Assembly: GCA_041917695.1 (NCBI GenBank)
Contig: JAYRXE010000037.1
Span: 130,155-194,154, forward strand
Reading direction: 5' to 3'
DNA from: Minisyncoccota bacterium
Lineage (GTDB): Bacteria; Patescibacteriota; Minisyncoccia; UBA6257; GWB1-50-10
Length of the DNA stretch: 64,000 nucleotides
Positions 29,661-38,747 of the stretch are shown one piece after another. The notes under the pieces are model-generated. The model did not search any database and had not been told where the DNA came from. It saw only the letters and a list, made by a program, of their open reading frames with translations. Each line of letters opens with the position of its first letter. Position 1 is the stretch's first letter. The position numbers and the translations under genes are program-made.

Positions 29661-30442
29661 TGCCCCGCACCAAAAAAGAAAAAGCTCCGCTCGAACTTTT
29701 TCCTGAAACGCGTTGCTTTTTTTCGAATCTCATTGAAACCGCCGCGCTGTCGCACGCGTATCTTTTCTTCGGCGATTGGGGAGTCGGTAAGCGCACCTTC
29801 GCGGGCGAACTTGCGCGTCGCGTTGAGACCGGTGCGTGGAAAGGCGAGTCAGCGCTTTTGGATGCGCTTTTCGTCCTTCCCGGTGAAAATGGTTCCATTT
29901 CAGTCGATGAAGCCCGCGGAGTAAAATCGTTTCTTTCCCAAACTCCGCTCGCCTCGCCCCGCCGGACCGTCGTTATCGCCGGCGCGGAAGCGCTTACGCC
30001 GGAAGCGCAGGGGGCGATGTTGAAGGTCGTTGAAGAACCTCCGCGTTCCTCCCTTATCATTTTTGTCGCGGAGACGCCCGACGCGCTTTTCGCCCCCTTG
30101 CGGAGCCGCGTGCAGAAAATTTATTTCCCGCGCCTCCCGCAAGCGTCCCTCGCCGAAAGCCTTGAAGCGATGACCGGCGCACCTTCAGCCGAAGCGCGCC
30201 TCATCGCGAAAAAATCATTCGGCTCCCTCGGACGGGCGCTCCAGCTTTCAAAGGCGAAGCCGAAAAAGCCGGCAGATCTCGAAGAGCGCATTGACGCGGA
30301 AATTCTCGAATTGTACGCAAAAGGCGCGACGAAGCATTCCCGCGCCTTGAAGGCGCTGCTGGAGCTTCAGTTGAATCTCAAGCGTTTCAATTTGAATCCC
30401 CGCATCCAGGAAAAGGCGCTCGCCGAGCGGAGAGCTGTGTAG
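29660..30442 (+). CDS. holB: DNA polymerase III delta-prime-like clamp-loader subunit (AAA+)
   Basis: ...LSHAYLFFGDWGVGKRTFAGELARRVE...TVVIAGAEALTPEAQGAMLKVVEEPP...SRVQKI is the delta'/clamp-loader pattern. The ATG at 29660 overlaps the mreB stop by 1 nt. Confidence 0.6.
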   Translation: MPRTKKEKAPLELFPETRCFFSNLIETAALSHAYLFFGDWGVGKRTFAGELARRVETGAWKGESALLDALFVLPGENGSISVDEARGVKSFLSQTPLASPRRTVVIAGAEALTPEAQGAMLKVVEEPPRSSLIIFVAETPDALFAPLRSRVQKIYFPRLPQASLAESLEAMTGAPSAEARLIAKKSFGSLGRALQLSKAKPKKPADLEERIDAEILELYAKGATKHSRALKALLELQLNLKRFNLNPRIQEKALAERRAV

Positions 30443-30470
30443 TATCATTGCTTACATATCCGTTACGCAC

Positions 30471-31022
30471 ATGATGGACGAAACCAAACGTTTTGAAGGC
30501 GAGATGGCGAAAGTCGTCGAGGTTTTTAAACGCGAAATTGCCGGCATACGCACGAACCGCCCTACCGCATCGCTTATTGAGGACATCAAGGTGCTTTATT
30601 ACGACGCGCAGACCCCGCTAAAGCACTTGGGCTCGATCGGCGTTACCCTCCCGCGGGAGATTTACATACAAATCTGGGACCAGGGCGCCGTCCCGCTCGT
30701 TGCCAAGGCGATTGAAAATTCCGCGGCCGGGCTCCAGCCGCAAATCGACGGAAACACCGTCCGGGTTTTCCTTCCGAAGCTTTCCGCAGAACGGCGCGAC
30801 GAGTTCAAACGGCATGTGAAAAAGATCGCTGAGGAATTCCGCATCCAGATTCGGAGCATCCGCGACGAAATTATGAAAACCATCGAGCGCCTGCTTGAGG
30901 CTTCGGAAATCACGGAAGACGACCGGTTCCGCGAGCGCGAGGAAGTGCAGAATCTTGTTGATAAGACGAACGCCGAAATCGAAAAGGCGCTGGAGGCGAA
31001 ACTCGCCGAAATAGACGAATAA
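30471..31022 (+). CDS. frr: Ribosome recycling factor
   Basis: ...FKREIAGIRTNRPTASLIEDIKVLYYDAQTPLKHLGSIGV...LPKLSAERRDEFKRHVKKIAEEFRIQIRSIRDE. Confidence 0.9.
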   Translation: MMDETKRFEGEMAKVVEVFKREIAGIRTNRPTASLIEDIKVLYYDAQTPLKHLGSIGVTLPREIYIQIWDQGAVPLVAKAIENSAAGLQPQIDGNTVRVFLPKLSAERRDEFKRHVKKIAEEFRIQIRSIRDEIMKTIERLLEASEITEDDRFREREEVQNLVDKTNAEIEKALEAKLAEIDE

Positions 31023-32101
31023 TGCTTACCACTCTTTTTGTCATCATCGCGCTTTCCGTCCTCATTTTCATCCACGAGCTGGGGCATTTCAGCGCGGCCA
31101 AGATTTTCCGGGTGAAAGTGCTCGAATTCGGCATGGGATTTCCGCCAAAGCTGTGGGGCAAACGGAAGGGAGAAACGGAATACACCATTAACGCGCTGCC
31201 CTTCGGCGGATTCGTGCGCATTTTGGGCGAGGACGGCGAAGAGAAAGAAACCGCCGAAGAGCACGCCGAGGAAGAGAAGGACCCGAAGCGGAGTTTCGTT
31301 TTCCAGCCCCTTTGGAAGAAAGTGGTGATGCTCGGTGCGGGCGTTTTCATGAATTTCGTCCTGGGTTGGATTCTGATGAGTATCGTGTTCATGGCAGGTA
31401 TTCCCGAGCACCTTATCATTACCGGAACGCAACCGGATTCACCGGCGGCGGAAAAGGGATTGCAGACCGGAGATATCGTCATTTCAGCGGTCTCAGGCGG
31501 AGAAGCGCTCCGCGACCCGATCAAAGCGAATGATTTTATCGGGTTCACCGACCGCGCGAAGGGCGCGACGATGAAAATCGAAATCGACCGGAAGGGGGAG
31601 CGAATCGAAGCGGAGATGTTTGTGCGGGAAAATCCGCCTGCCGGAGAGGGGGCGCTCGGCGTGTATCTCGCAGACGGCGGTTTCCCGCGCCAGTCGTTCT
31701 TCGCGTCGCTCGGAAAAGGCGCGGAGGAGACCTGGACCATCGCGCGCCTTGTTTTTGACGGATTCGTTGATCTTGTGAAAAGGGTGTTCACGCATCCCGG
31801 GAGTGCCACGGAAAACCTTGCGGGGCCGGTCGGCATCGTCGTCGTCGCAAAAGAGACGTCCGCGCTCGGCATTCCGTATTTCCTCCAGCTCATGGCGCTT
31901 ATTTCGATAAACCTCGGTGTTTTGAACCTGCTTCCCGTGCCGGCCTTGGACGGGGGGCGTATTCTCCTTGCACTCGTTGAGCGCGCGAAGGGTTCCCCGG
32001 TTTCACGCAACGTCCAAATTGGCATCAATGCCGTAGGGTTCATCCTTCTCATCGGACTTATGGTGCTTGTCACCGTGCAGGACGTCCGGCGCTTGTTTTA
32101 A
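31022..32101 (+). CDS. rseP: RIP zinc metalloprotease RseP (site-2 protease) with PDZ domain
   Basis: IFIHELGHFSAAKIF (HExxH), ...LPFGGFVRILGED..., a PDZ-like middle region, and C-terminal LNLLPVPALDGG. Confidence 0.85.
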   Translation: MLTTLFVIIALSVLIFIHELGHFSAAKIFRVKVLEFGMGFPPKLWGKRKGETEYTINALPFGGFVRILGEDGEEKETAEEHAEEEKDPKRSFVFQPLWKKVVMLGAGVFMNFVLGWILMSIVFMAGIPEHLIITGTQPDSPAAEKGLQTGDIVISAVSGGEALRDPIKANDFIGFTDRAKGATMKIEIDRKGERIEAEMFVRENPPAGEGALGVYLADGGFPRQSFFASLGKGAEETWTIARLVFDGFVDLVKRVFTHPGSATENLAGPVGIVVVAKETSALGIPYFLQLMALISINLGVLNLLPVPALDGGRILLALVERAKGSPVSRNVQIGINAVGFILLIGLMVLVTVQDVRRLF

Positions 32102-32120
32102 GGCTTAAAAGGCAGAAATA

Positions 32121-32149
32121 TTGACTTTTTAATAAAATAGTTATATAAT
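32121..32149 (+). promoter_or_regulatory. Canonical sigma70-type promoter (TTGACT-N17-TATAAT) driving islet gene 32208-32822
   Basis: -35 TTGACT at 32121-26, a 17-nt spacer, and -10 TATAAT at 32144-49. Confidence 0.55.
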
Positions 32150-32156
32150 ATTATTA

Positions 32157-32172
32157 TCCTGAAAAATCAGGA
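32157..32172 (+). promoter_or_regulatory. Perfect palindrome TCCTGA-AAAA-TCAGGA at the predicted transcript 5' end (operator or 5' hairpin); near-identical copy at 45962-45977
   Basis: A 6-bp inverted repeat lies 7 nt after the -10 box. It is followed by AAAGAAAGGA...ATG. The same arrangement occurs upstream of the gene at 46014. Confidence 0.5.
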
Positions 32173-32207
32173 AAACTTAACAAATTTAAAAGAAAGGACT
32201 GACTGTT

Positions 32208-32822
32208 ATGTCACATGACAATGACAACACTCAGCTGACGCTCTCTGAAGTACAGGGACCGTTAAATCAACTAAACGTAAACTTAACCGGCCCCGAGGGC
32301 AGGAGATGGCTATCGGCGCTCAACAGATTCCTACGCAAGGAGGATACCGCCTGGGATGTACGGAATTTCGACGTATGGAAAAGCGTGAAATTAGGAACCT
32401 ACAAGAATATCTCAGAATTAAAAAAAGCGCTTATGGATTCAGGCTTCAAGTTAATAAGCGATGATAGAACAAATCTCCTTCTTGATGAGATGGATTTTTC
32501 TGAAGTCGCAACTATAATCGAAGCTGATTTAATCCTTGTTTCAGTAAAAGAGCTTGGATTCAAAAAGGGCGCAACCAGTGAAGAAATTTTGGAGAGAGCT
32601 CGTGAGCTTGGTCTCGAATTATGTCCAGCTGAAGCAGCTCCCCAGTTGCAACTTCAGTTTCCAAACCAGGTAGAAAATCCCTATATGTATGTACGTTCCA
32701 AGAGTGGTGATTTGAGTTGTTTTCATATTACGAATTCCATGATATTTGCTGCACTTCCCACTAGTCTGCAAGATTTTTGGAGCGCTAGCGGGTACTTTGT
32801 TTTTGTCCGTCTTAGAAAATAG
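32208..32822 (+). CDS. Hypothetical protein encoded on low-GC islet 1
   Basis: A 204-aa ORF in an AT-rich stretch (about 40% GC by eye) between rseP and proS, with an AAGGA SD 9 nt upstream of the ATG. It shows no known motif. A KKG..S..E.L motif recurs twice. Confidence 0.45.
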   Translation: MSHDNDNTQLTLSEVQGPLNQLNVNLTGPEGRRWLSALNRFLRKEDTAWDVRNFDVWKSVKLGTYKNISELKKALMDSGFKLISDDRTNLLLDEMDFSEVATIIEADLILVSVKELGFKKGATSEEILERARELGLELCPAEAAPQLQLQFPNQVENPYMYVRSKSGDLSCFHITNSMIFAALPTSLQDFWSASGYFVFVRLRK

Positions 32823-32844
32823 ACTCTTTTTCTATTTTTATTAA

Positions 32845-32870
32845 AAGCCCCTTTTAGGGGCTTGTTTATT
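32845..32870 (+). terminator. Rho-independent terminator ending islet 1
   Basis: AAGCCCC-TTTTA-GGGGCTT followed by GTTTATTT. Confidence 0.7.
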
Positions 32871-32913
32871 TGCCCCACCTTTTGGCTTCTGATAGGATTG
32901 AGGCATCATTTCG

Positions 32914-34161
32914 ATGCGTGAATCCGAGCTTTTTTTGAAGATTCTGAAGGATGCCCCGAAGGACGAAGTGGCGAAAAACGCCGAGCTTCTCATCCGGGGG
33001 AGTTTCGTTTCGAAGCTTATGGCGGGCGTCTATACCTTCCTTCCGCTCGGCTATCTCGTACGCGAGCGCGTGATGCGCGTGGTCCGCGAGGAGATGGATG
33101 CGCTCGGCGGGCAAGAGATGCTGATGCCCGCCCTCCATCCGAAATCCATTTGGGAAAAGACGGGGCGGTGGGAAGTGATGGGTACTATCATGTACCAATT
33201 CGAGGACCATTCCGGGAAAAATGTCGGCCTCGGCCCCACCCACGAGGAAATCATCGCCGATGCCGCAAAAACGGGAATCGTTTCGTACGCCGATTTGCCG
33301 AAAGCGCTCTATCAGATACAAACGAAATTCCGCGACGAGCCGCGCGCCAAATCCGGTCTCCTGCGGGGGAAGGAATTCACCATGAAAGACCTTTACAGCT
33401 TCCATGCCGACGAGGAATCCCTGAATGAATTCTACGAGCGCGCCAAGGCTTCCTACCTCCGGATTTTTTCGCGTCTGGGACTTGATGCCTACGTGACGGA
33501 AGCGTCGGGAGGAGATTTTTCCAAGGAATATTCGCATGAATTCATGGTTCCCGCAGAGGCGGGGGAGGATACCGTCTATCTTTGCGCGAAATGCCGTTTT
33601 GCCCGGAACAAGGAGATTGTAAAGTCCGCCGAGGGTGAAGCGTGCCCTACGTGCGGAGCGCCGCTTGCGGAAAAGCGCGCCATCGAAGTCGGGAATATTT
33701 TCAAGCTCGGCACGAAGTTTTCCGAGGCGCAGGGACTGTATTTCCGGGGCGCCGACGGCGCGGAGAAGCCCGTTATCATGGCCTCCTACGGCATCGGCAT
33801 CGAACGGCTGATGGGGACTATCGTGGAGATACACCACGATGAAAACGGCATCATCTGGCCTTCCGCCGTTGCGCCTTTCGAGGTCTATCTCGCGCCCTTG
33901 GGGAAGATGACGCCTGAACTTCAAAAAACGGCCGAGGCGGTGTATAGTGAGCTCTCGAATTTAGGGGTTTCCGTGCTCCTTGCCGACAAGGACAATTCCC
34001 CCGGAGAAAAGCTTTTTGCCGCCGATTTTCTGGGTTTTCCCTGGCGGGCGGTGTTGAGCGAAAAGACGGCGGGAAAGCTTGAAGTGAAACCGCGCAGCTC
34101 GAAAGAGACGGCGCTCATGGATACGGCGGAATTCATCGCCGCGATACGCAAAAGCCAATGA
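32914..34161 (+). CDS. proS: Prolyl-tRNA synthetase (short form without INS editing domain)
   Basis: ...MPALHPKSIWEKTGRW...LGPTHEEII...YQIQTKFRDEPRAKSGLLRGKEFTMKDLYSFH (class II motif 2)...GIGIERLM (motif 3), plus a Zn-ribbon CAKCRF...CPTCG. Confidence 0.85.
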   Translation: MRESELFLKILKDAPKDEVAKNAELLIRGSFVSKLMAGVYTFLPLGYLVRERVMRVVREEMDALGGQEMLMPALHPKSIWEKTGRWEVMGTIMYQFEDHSGKNVGLGPTHEEIIADAAKTGIVSYADLPKALYQIQTKFRDEPRAKSGLLRGKEFTMKDLYSFHADEESLNEFYERAKASYLRIFSRLGLDAYVTEASGGDFSKEYSHEFMVPAEAGEDTVYLCAKCRFARNKEIVKSAEGEACPTCGAPLAEKRAIEVGNIFKLGTKFSEAQGLYFRGADGAEKPVIMASYGIGIERLMGTIVEIHHDENGIIWPSAVAPFEVYLAPLGKMTPELQKTAEAVYSELSNLGVSVLLADKDNSPGEKLFAADFLGFPWRAVLSEKTAGKLEVKPRSSKETALMDTAEFIAAIRKSQ

Positions 34162-35183
34162 TCATCAGAAAAAACATCGGTATCGATTTGGGAACCGACA
34201 CCACGCAGGTGTATTTGGAGCGCAAAGGCATCGTCTTGAACGAGCCTTCCATCGTTGCGTTCAACAACAAGACGAACCGCGTGGTTGCCCATGGAACGGA
34301 AGCGAAGAAAATGCTTTCGCGCACGCCGGCGCACATCACGGCGCTGCATCCGGTTACGCACGGCGTCATCGCCGATTTCGACATGGCGCGCGAAATGGTC
34401 GCCCGTTTTTTGGAGAACGAGCGCATCCCGCGGTCGCTTTTCACCCGCGTACTCGTGAGTGTTCCGACGAATCTTACTGAAGTTGAGCGGAAATCGGTGG
34501 AAGATTTGCTGAAAGAAGCCGGCGCGAAATCGGTGTATGTGATTGAACAGCCGCTTGCGGCCGCCTTCGGGAGCCAGCTTGAAATCGGGAATCCCACGGC
34601 GTATCTCATCGTCGATATCGGGGCGGGCACGACCGACATGGCCATCATTTCCATGGGCGGCATCGTCACCTCGAAGCGCCTCAAAATCGCGGGGAATTAC
34701 CTCGACCAGGAAATCATCAAGGCCGTTCGGGATGAGCTGAAGCTCAACATCGGCGAGCCGACCGCAGAGGAGATTAAGATCGCCGTCGGCTCCGCAATTC
34801 CCACCGGCGAGCGGTTGGATGTAATTGCCCGGGGCCGTGACGTGGTTTCCGGCCTTCCGAGGGAAGTAACCATCAAGGACACGCAGGTTCGGTATTGGCT
34901 TCAGCGTCCGCTTAAGATGCTCGTGGAGGCTCTGAAGGACCTGATCGAAAACGCTCCGCCCGAGCTCGTCGGCGACATTTATAAGAACGGTATTTATCTC
35001 TGCGGAGGAGGCAGTCTTTTGCGCGGCATCCATCAGCTTATTGAGCGCGAAATCGGGGTATCGGTGCGAAACGTCGAAGATCCGCTGACGTCGATTGCGC
35101 GCGGCACCGGTTTTATCATCGAAAATTTCGATGCGCATGAGCATATCCTGAACAACTTTCCCGGGGCGCCCAAGGCGAAGTGA
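34158..35183 (+). CDS. mreB: MreB/Mbl paralog (copy 2), heading the mreC-mreD-PBP2 cluster
   Basis: IGIDLGTDTTQVYL...EPSIVAF...LVSVPTNLTEVERKSV...IVDIGAGTTDMAIISMGG. Confidence 0.85.
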   Translation: MIIRKNIGIDLGTDTTQVYLERKGIVLNEPSIVAFNNKTNRVVAHGTEAKKMLSRTPAHITALHPVTHGVIADFDMAREMVARFLENERIPRSLFTRVLVSVPTNLTEVERKSVEDLLKEAGAKSVYVIEQPLAAAFGSQLEIGNPTAYLIVDIGAGTTDMAIISMGGIVTSKRLKIAGNYLDQEIIKAVRDELKLNIGEPTAEEIKIAVGSAIPTGERLDVIARGRDVVSGLPREVTIKDTQVRYWLQRPLKMLVEALKDLIENAPPELVGDIYKNGIYLCGGGSLLRGIHQLIEREIGVSVRNVEDPLTSIARGTGFIIENFDAHEHILNNFPGAPKAK

Positions 35184-35896
35184 ACCCTATGAAGCGGTTT
35201 CTTGGATACCTTTTGCTTGCTCTCGTCCTCCTCGGAGCTTTCTTTTTTTTCTACCGTTCCCGCGCGGGCGCTTCGGAATTTTTGAGCGGGCTTACGTCAT
35301 CGATTTTTACCATCGGCCGGGAAGAGGAGTCGGCTCGGCGCATTGCCGAGCTTGAAGCGCGGAACAAGGTGCTCGAGCTCGATCTCGCGGAATTGCGGAG
35401 CGATTCGACGCGCAGGATTGCGGATGACCGGTATCACTACAAGACGGCGCGTGTCTATTCCCGATACCCCTTCAATGACGCGAGTCTCATCACCATCAAT
35501 CTCGGCAGCGACGACGGCGTGAAAGAGGGGATGCCGGTTTTTGCCGCGAAAGGAGTTCTCCTGGGGAAAATCCGGTCGGTATCCCGCACTGAAAGCGAGA
35601 TTGAGACCATTTGGTCGCCCGCAATGCGCGTTTCGGTGACGGTCGGTTCCGAGGGTATCAAAGCGGTGTATCTCGGGGGTTCTTCCCCGTCGCTCGACTT
35701 GATTCCGAAGGAAGCGAAGATTTCCGAGGGAGCAAGCGTGCTTTCAACTTCGCCCGAATTTCCGCTTTCAAGCTCGCTCGGTTCCGTTTCAGAAATCTCA
35801 AGCGCCTCCTACGAAGTGTGGCAGAAAGCGAAAGTCGCTCCCGCGTTTGAAGTCGATATGCTTCGGACGGTGTTCGTGATGGTCGATTTTCCATAA
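35180..35896 (+). CDS. mreC: Rod shape-determining protein MreC
   Basis: N-terminal TM, coiled coil (...ELEARNKVLELDLAELRSD...), then a beta-rich domain ...GSDDGVKEGMPVFAAKGVLLGKIRSV.... Its position after mreB supports the call. Confidence 0.7.
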   Translation: MNPMKRFLGYLLLALVLLGAFFFFYRSRAGASEFLSGLTSSIFTIGREEESARRIAELEARNKVLELDLAELRSDSTRRIADDRYHYKTARVYSRYPFNDASLITINLGSDDGVKEGMPVFAAKGVLLGKIRSVSRTESEIETIWSPAMRVSVTVGSEGIKAVYLGGSSPSLDLIPKEAKISEGASVLSTSPEFPLSSSLGSVSEISSASYEVWQKAKVAPAFEVDMLRTVFVMVDFP

Positions 35897-35899
35897 ACC

Positions 35900-36409
35900 A
35901 TGCGCGAATTTTCACGCATTATATCGCTGTATCTCGTCGGGCTTTTGCTTTTCATCCTGCAATCATCCGCCGTGATTTCATGGGGGGCCATCAAGGCGGA
36001 TTTGATGCTTGTTTTCTTTCTCATTCTGCTTGCGCTTCGGGAGCGGACGTGGATTCTCGGCGCGTGCCTTGCCGGCTTTTTTGGACTGATGTCGGCGACG
36101 AGCGGTTTCTGGACGCTTGAAGCGGCCGTTTTTTCGGCAGTTATAATTGCGCTCCTTTTTATCCGCCGTTTCCTCACCGGCCGCTTCCTGCCGGATTTCT
36201 TGATTGGCATTGTTATTGGCACGGCGCTCGTCTATTACGGCATTCCCGTCGCAGCGAGATTCTTTTCCGCGGGATTCGATTTCGACGGATTTACACCGCC
36301 GCCCTTTTCGCCGGTGCTTATCGAGGTGGTTTTAAACACCGTCGTAGGCCTCGCCCTCGTCTTTCTATCGGCGCGCCGCCCGCTTTCCTTCGTCTTTGAA
36401 AGAACATGA
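35900..36409 (+). CDS. mreD: Rod shape-determining protein MreD-like polytopic membrane protein
   Basis: A 169-aa protein with 4-5 TM segments between mreC and PBP2. Confidence 0.5.
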   Translation: MREFSRIISLYLVGLLLFILQSSAVISWGAIKADLMLVFFLILLALRERTWILGACLAGFFGLMSATSGFWTLEAAVFSAVIIALLFIRRFLTGRFLPDFLIGIVIGTALVYYGIPVAARFFSAGFDFDGFTPPPFSPVLIEVVLNTVVGLALVFLSARRPLSFVFERT

Positions 36410-38262
36410 AGCACTCTATCGATTTCGAGGATATTCTTTCCGACGAGCGGCGGGAGGGTGAATTTTACGAGGTGCCACTCGCGGCCGGCGTTTTCCGCTT
36501 TTCGTTTTTCTCGAGCGCGGTGATTGCGCTCGCTCTCTTTGGCGCGCTTCTATTCGCCGGCGTCGTCAAAGGGGATTTTTACGCATCCCGCGCCATCAAG
36601 AATATTTCCGACGAGCGTATCGAAGAAGCGCCGCGCGGCGTGATTCTCGACCGCTTCGGGAAACCGTTGCTCCATAACGAGCCGTCGACCCGCGTCGTTC
36701 TTTCGCCACGCGATTTCCCGACGGACGCGAACGAACGGGTGCGCCTCTTTGGAGAGTTGGCGCAGATTCTGCACGTGCCCACCGACGAGCTTTTGAAAAA
36801 GATCGAAGAACGCGATTGGGGCCAGGCGGACCGGCTTACCCTGAAGGAGAACCCGACGCATGACGAGCTGGTCGCCATCGAAGCGCTTTCCGTTTCAGGC
36901 GTCTATACGGAGCCGAGCTTTACGCGCGTGCCGGAGGATACGCTCGCGTTTTCCCATGTGCTTGGGTATACCGGCTTGGTAAACGAGGACGATCTCGTGC
37001 GTGACGCCACGTTTTCCATAGACGACAAAATTGGCCGGGCGGGGCTTGAGATGCAGTACGATTCGATTCTCCGGGGCGTAAACGGCAAGTCGGTCTTTTT
37101 CCGCGATGCGGCGGGGGAGGCGAAGGAAAAGCAGTCGACGCAGGAAGCCCAGCAGGGGCATACGCTCCGTACCTCCATCGACCGCGATTTGCAGCGGTAT
37201 GCCTACGCGCGGCTCCAGCAGGGCCTCACGGAGATTGGAAGGGATTCCGGTTTGGTCATTGCGCTCGACCCGCGAAACGGCGAAATCCGCGCACTGGTGA
37301 ATGTACCGTCGTACGACGTGAATGGTATTTCCGCCGCGCTCGCGAATCCGAAGACGCCGCTATTCAACCGGGCCGTCATGGGCGTCTACAATCCCGGTTC
37401 CACAATCAAGCCGTTGGTGGCGCTCGGTGCACTCACGGAAGGAGTTGCGACGCCGGAAACCAGCGTGTATTCGGCGGGATACATTGAGATACCGAATCCG
37501 TATAACCCTTCTCTGCCGAGCCGGTTTCTCGATTGGAAGGCGCACGGGTGGGTGAACGCGCAATCGGCGCTTGCGCGCTCGTCGAACGTATATTTCTACG
37601 AAGTGACCGGCGGTTTCCAAAATCAGCGCGGCATCGGCATTGAAAAGCTGAAGCAGTGGTGGCAATTGTTCCGTCTCGACCAAAAGACCGGCATCGACAT
37701 ACCGGGTGAACGGGTGGGGTTCCTGCCCGATCCCGATTGGAAAGAGCGCGTCAAAAACGATCCGTGGCGCGTTGGCGACACGTATAACGTCGCCATCGGC
37801 CAGGGCGATTTCATGGTGACTCCCTTGGGGCTTTTGAATTACATCGCCTCGGTGGCAAACGGCGGCGTCTTATGGAAGCCCCATGTTGCGACCGGCGTAT
37901 TGAACGCGGACGGGGGAGTGATAACCGAAATGCGCCCCGAAGTCCTTGCCGATTTCAAAGAAAAAATCGCTGGCGCCCTCCCGACCGTCCGCCGCGGCAT
38001 GCGTGATGCGGTGCTCAAGGATTACGGCACGGCGCATCTTCTCCACGACCTTCCCGTAGACGTAGCCGCGAAAACCGGCACCGCCCAGATCCAGAATAAC
38101 CAGAAGACCAACGCGTTTTTCGTCGGGTATGCGCCCTATGACAATCCGGAACTTGCCATCATCGTCCTGGTTGAAAATTCCCGCGAGGGAGGCCGGAATA
38201 CCGTCCCTATAGCGAAGGACATTTTCATGTGGTACTATGAAAACCGTTTAAATTCACGCTAA
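36406..38262 (+). CDS. mrdA: Penicillin-binding protein 2 (class B transpeptidase)
   Basis: N-terminal TM and PBP dimerisation domain; transpeptidase motifs ...NRAVMGVYNPGSTIKP (SxxK)...SSN...KTGTAQ (KTG). Confidence 0.85.
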   Translation: MKHSIDFEDILSDERREGEFYEVPLAAGVFRFSFFSSAVIALALFGALLFAGVVKGDFYASRAIKNISDERIEEAPRGVILDRFGKPLLHNEPSTRVVLSPRDFPTDANERVRLFGELAQILHVPTDELLKKIEERDWGQADRLTLKENPTHDELVAIEALSVSGVYTEPSFTRVPEDTLAFSHVLGYTGLVNEDDLVRDATFSIDDKIGRAGLEMQYDSILRGVNGKSVFFRDAAGEAKEKQSTQEAQQGHTLRTSIDRDLQRYAYARLQQGLTEIGRDSGLVIALDPRNGEIRALVNVPSYDVNGISAALANPKTPLFNRAVMGVYNPGSTIKPLVALGALTEGVATPETSVYSAGYIEIPNPYNPSLPSRFLDWKAHGWVNAQSALARSSNVYFYEVTGGFQNQRGIGIEKLKQWWQLFRLDQKTGIDIPGERVGFLPDPDWKERVKNDPWRVGDTYNVAIGQGDFMVTPLGLLNYIASVANGGVLWKPHVATGVLNADGGVITEMRPEVLADFKEKIAGALPTVRRGMRDAVLKDYGTAHLLHDLPVDVAAKTGTAQIQNNQKTNAFFVGYAPYDNPELAIIVLVENSREGGRNTVPIAKDIFMWYYENRLNSR

Positions 38263-38285
38263 CCTAATATCACCATTTATATATC

Positions 38286-38744
38286 ATGGACAAAGCATAT
38301 CTTTCGAAGGAAAAATACAAGGAAATACAGGAAGAGCTTGAGCGGCTGAAGACGGAAGGCCGCAAAACCGTCGCCGAACGCTTGAAGGCCGCGAAAGATC
38401 TCGGAGACCTTTCCGAGAACTCCGATTACCAGGAAGCCCGCGACGACCAGATGCGTCTTGAGATGCGCGTGAGCCAGCTCGAAGAGGTCCTTCGGAATGC
38501 CAGTATCGTCGAGAAGCGCGGCGCCGCAACGGCCGTCCGCATCGGGACGACGGTGACTGCGAAAAAGGGGAAGGATACCGTCCACTACACCATCGTGGGT
38601 TCGAATGAAGCGGACCCGGCACGCGGACTCGTTTCAAATGAATCACCGATTGGCAAAGCCCTCATCGGCAAGCGCGCCGGCGAATCGGCCGAAGTGCTTA
38701 CTCCCAAGGGGAGCATTCTTCTTGAGATTACCTCGATAGAATAA
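38286..38744 (+). CDS. greA: Transcription elongation factor GreA
   Basis: ...LSKEKYKEIQEELERLKT...DLSENSDYQEARDDQ...IVGSNEADPARGLVSNESPIGKALIGKRAGE. Confidence 0.9.
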   Translation: MDKAYLSKEKYKEIQEELERLKTEGRKTVAERLKAAKDLGDLSENSDYQEARDDQMRLEMRVSQLEEVLRNASIVEKRGAATAVRIGTTVTAKKGKDTVHYTIVGSNEADPARGLVSNESPIGKALIGKRAGESAEVLTPKGSILLEITSIE

Positions 38745-38747
38745 ACC

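Noticed and set aside
30910-32073. 387-aa minus-strand ORF antisense to rseP
   Set aside because: rseP on the plus strand has the HExxH and LDG motifs. The antisense ORF is low-complexity and Pro/Ser/Arg-rich.
33921-35144. 407-aa minus ORF antisense to mreB copy 2; likewise 32866-33924 antisense to proS
   Set aside because: The plus-strand genes carry clear family motifs. The antisense translations look like GC-driven noise.
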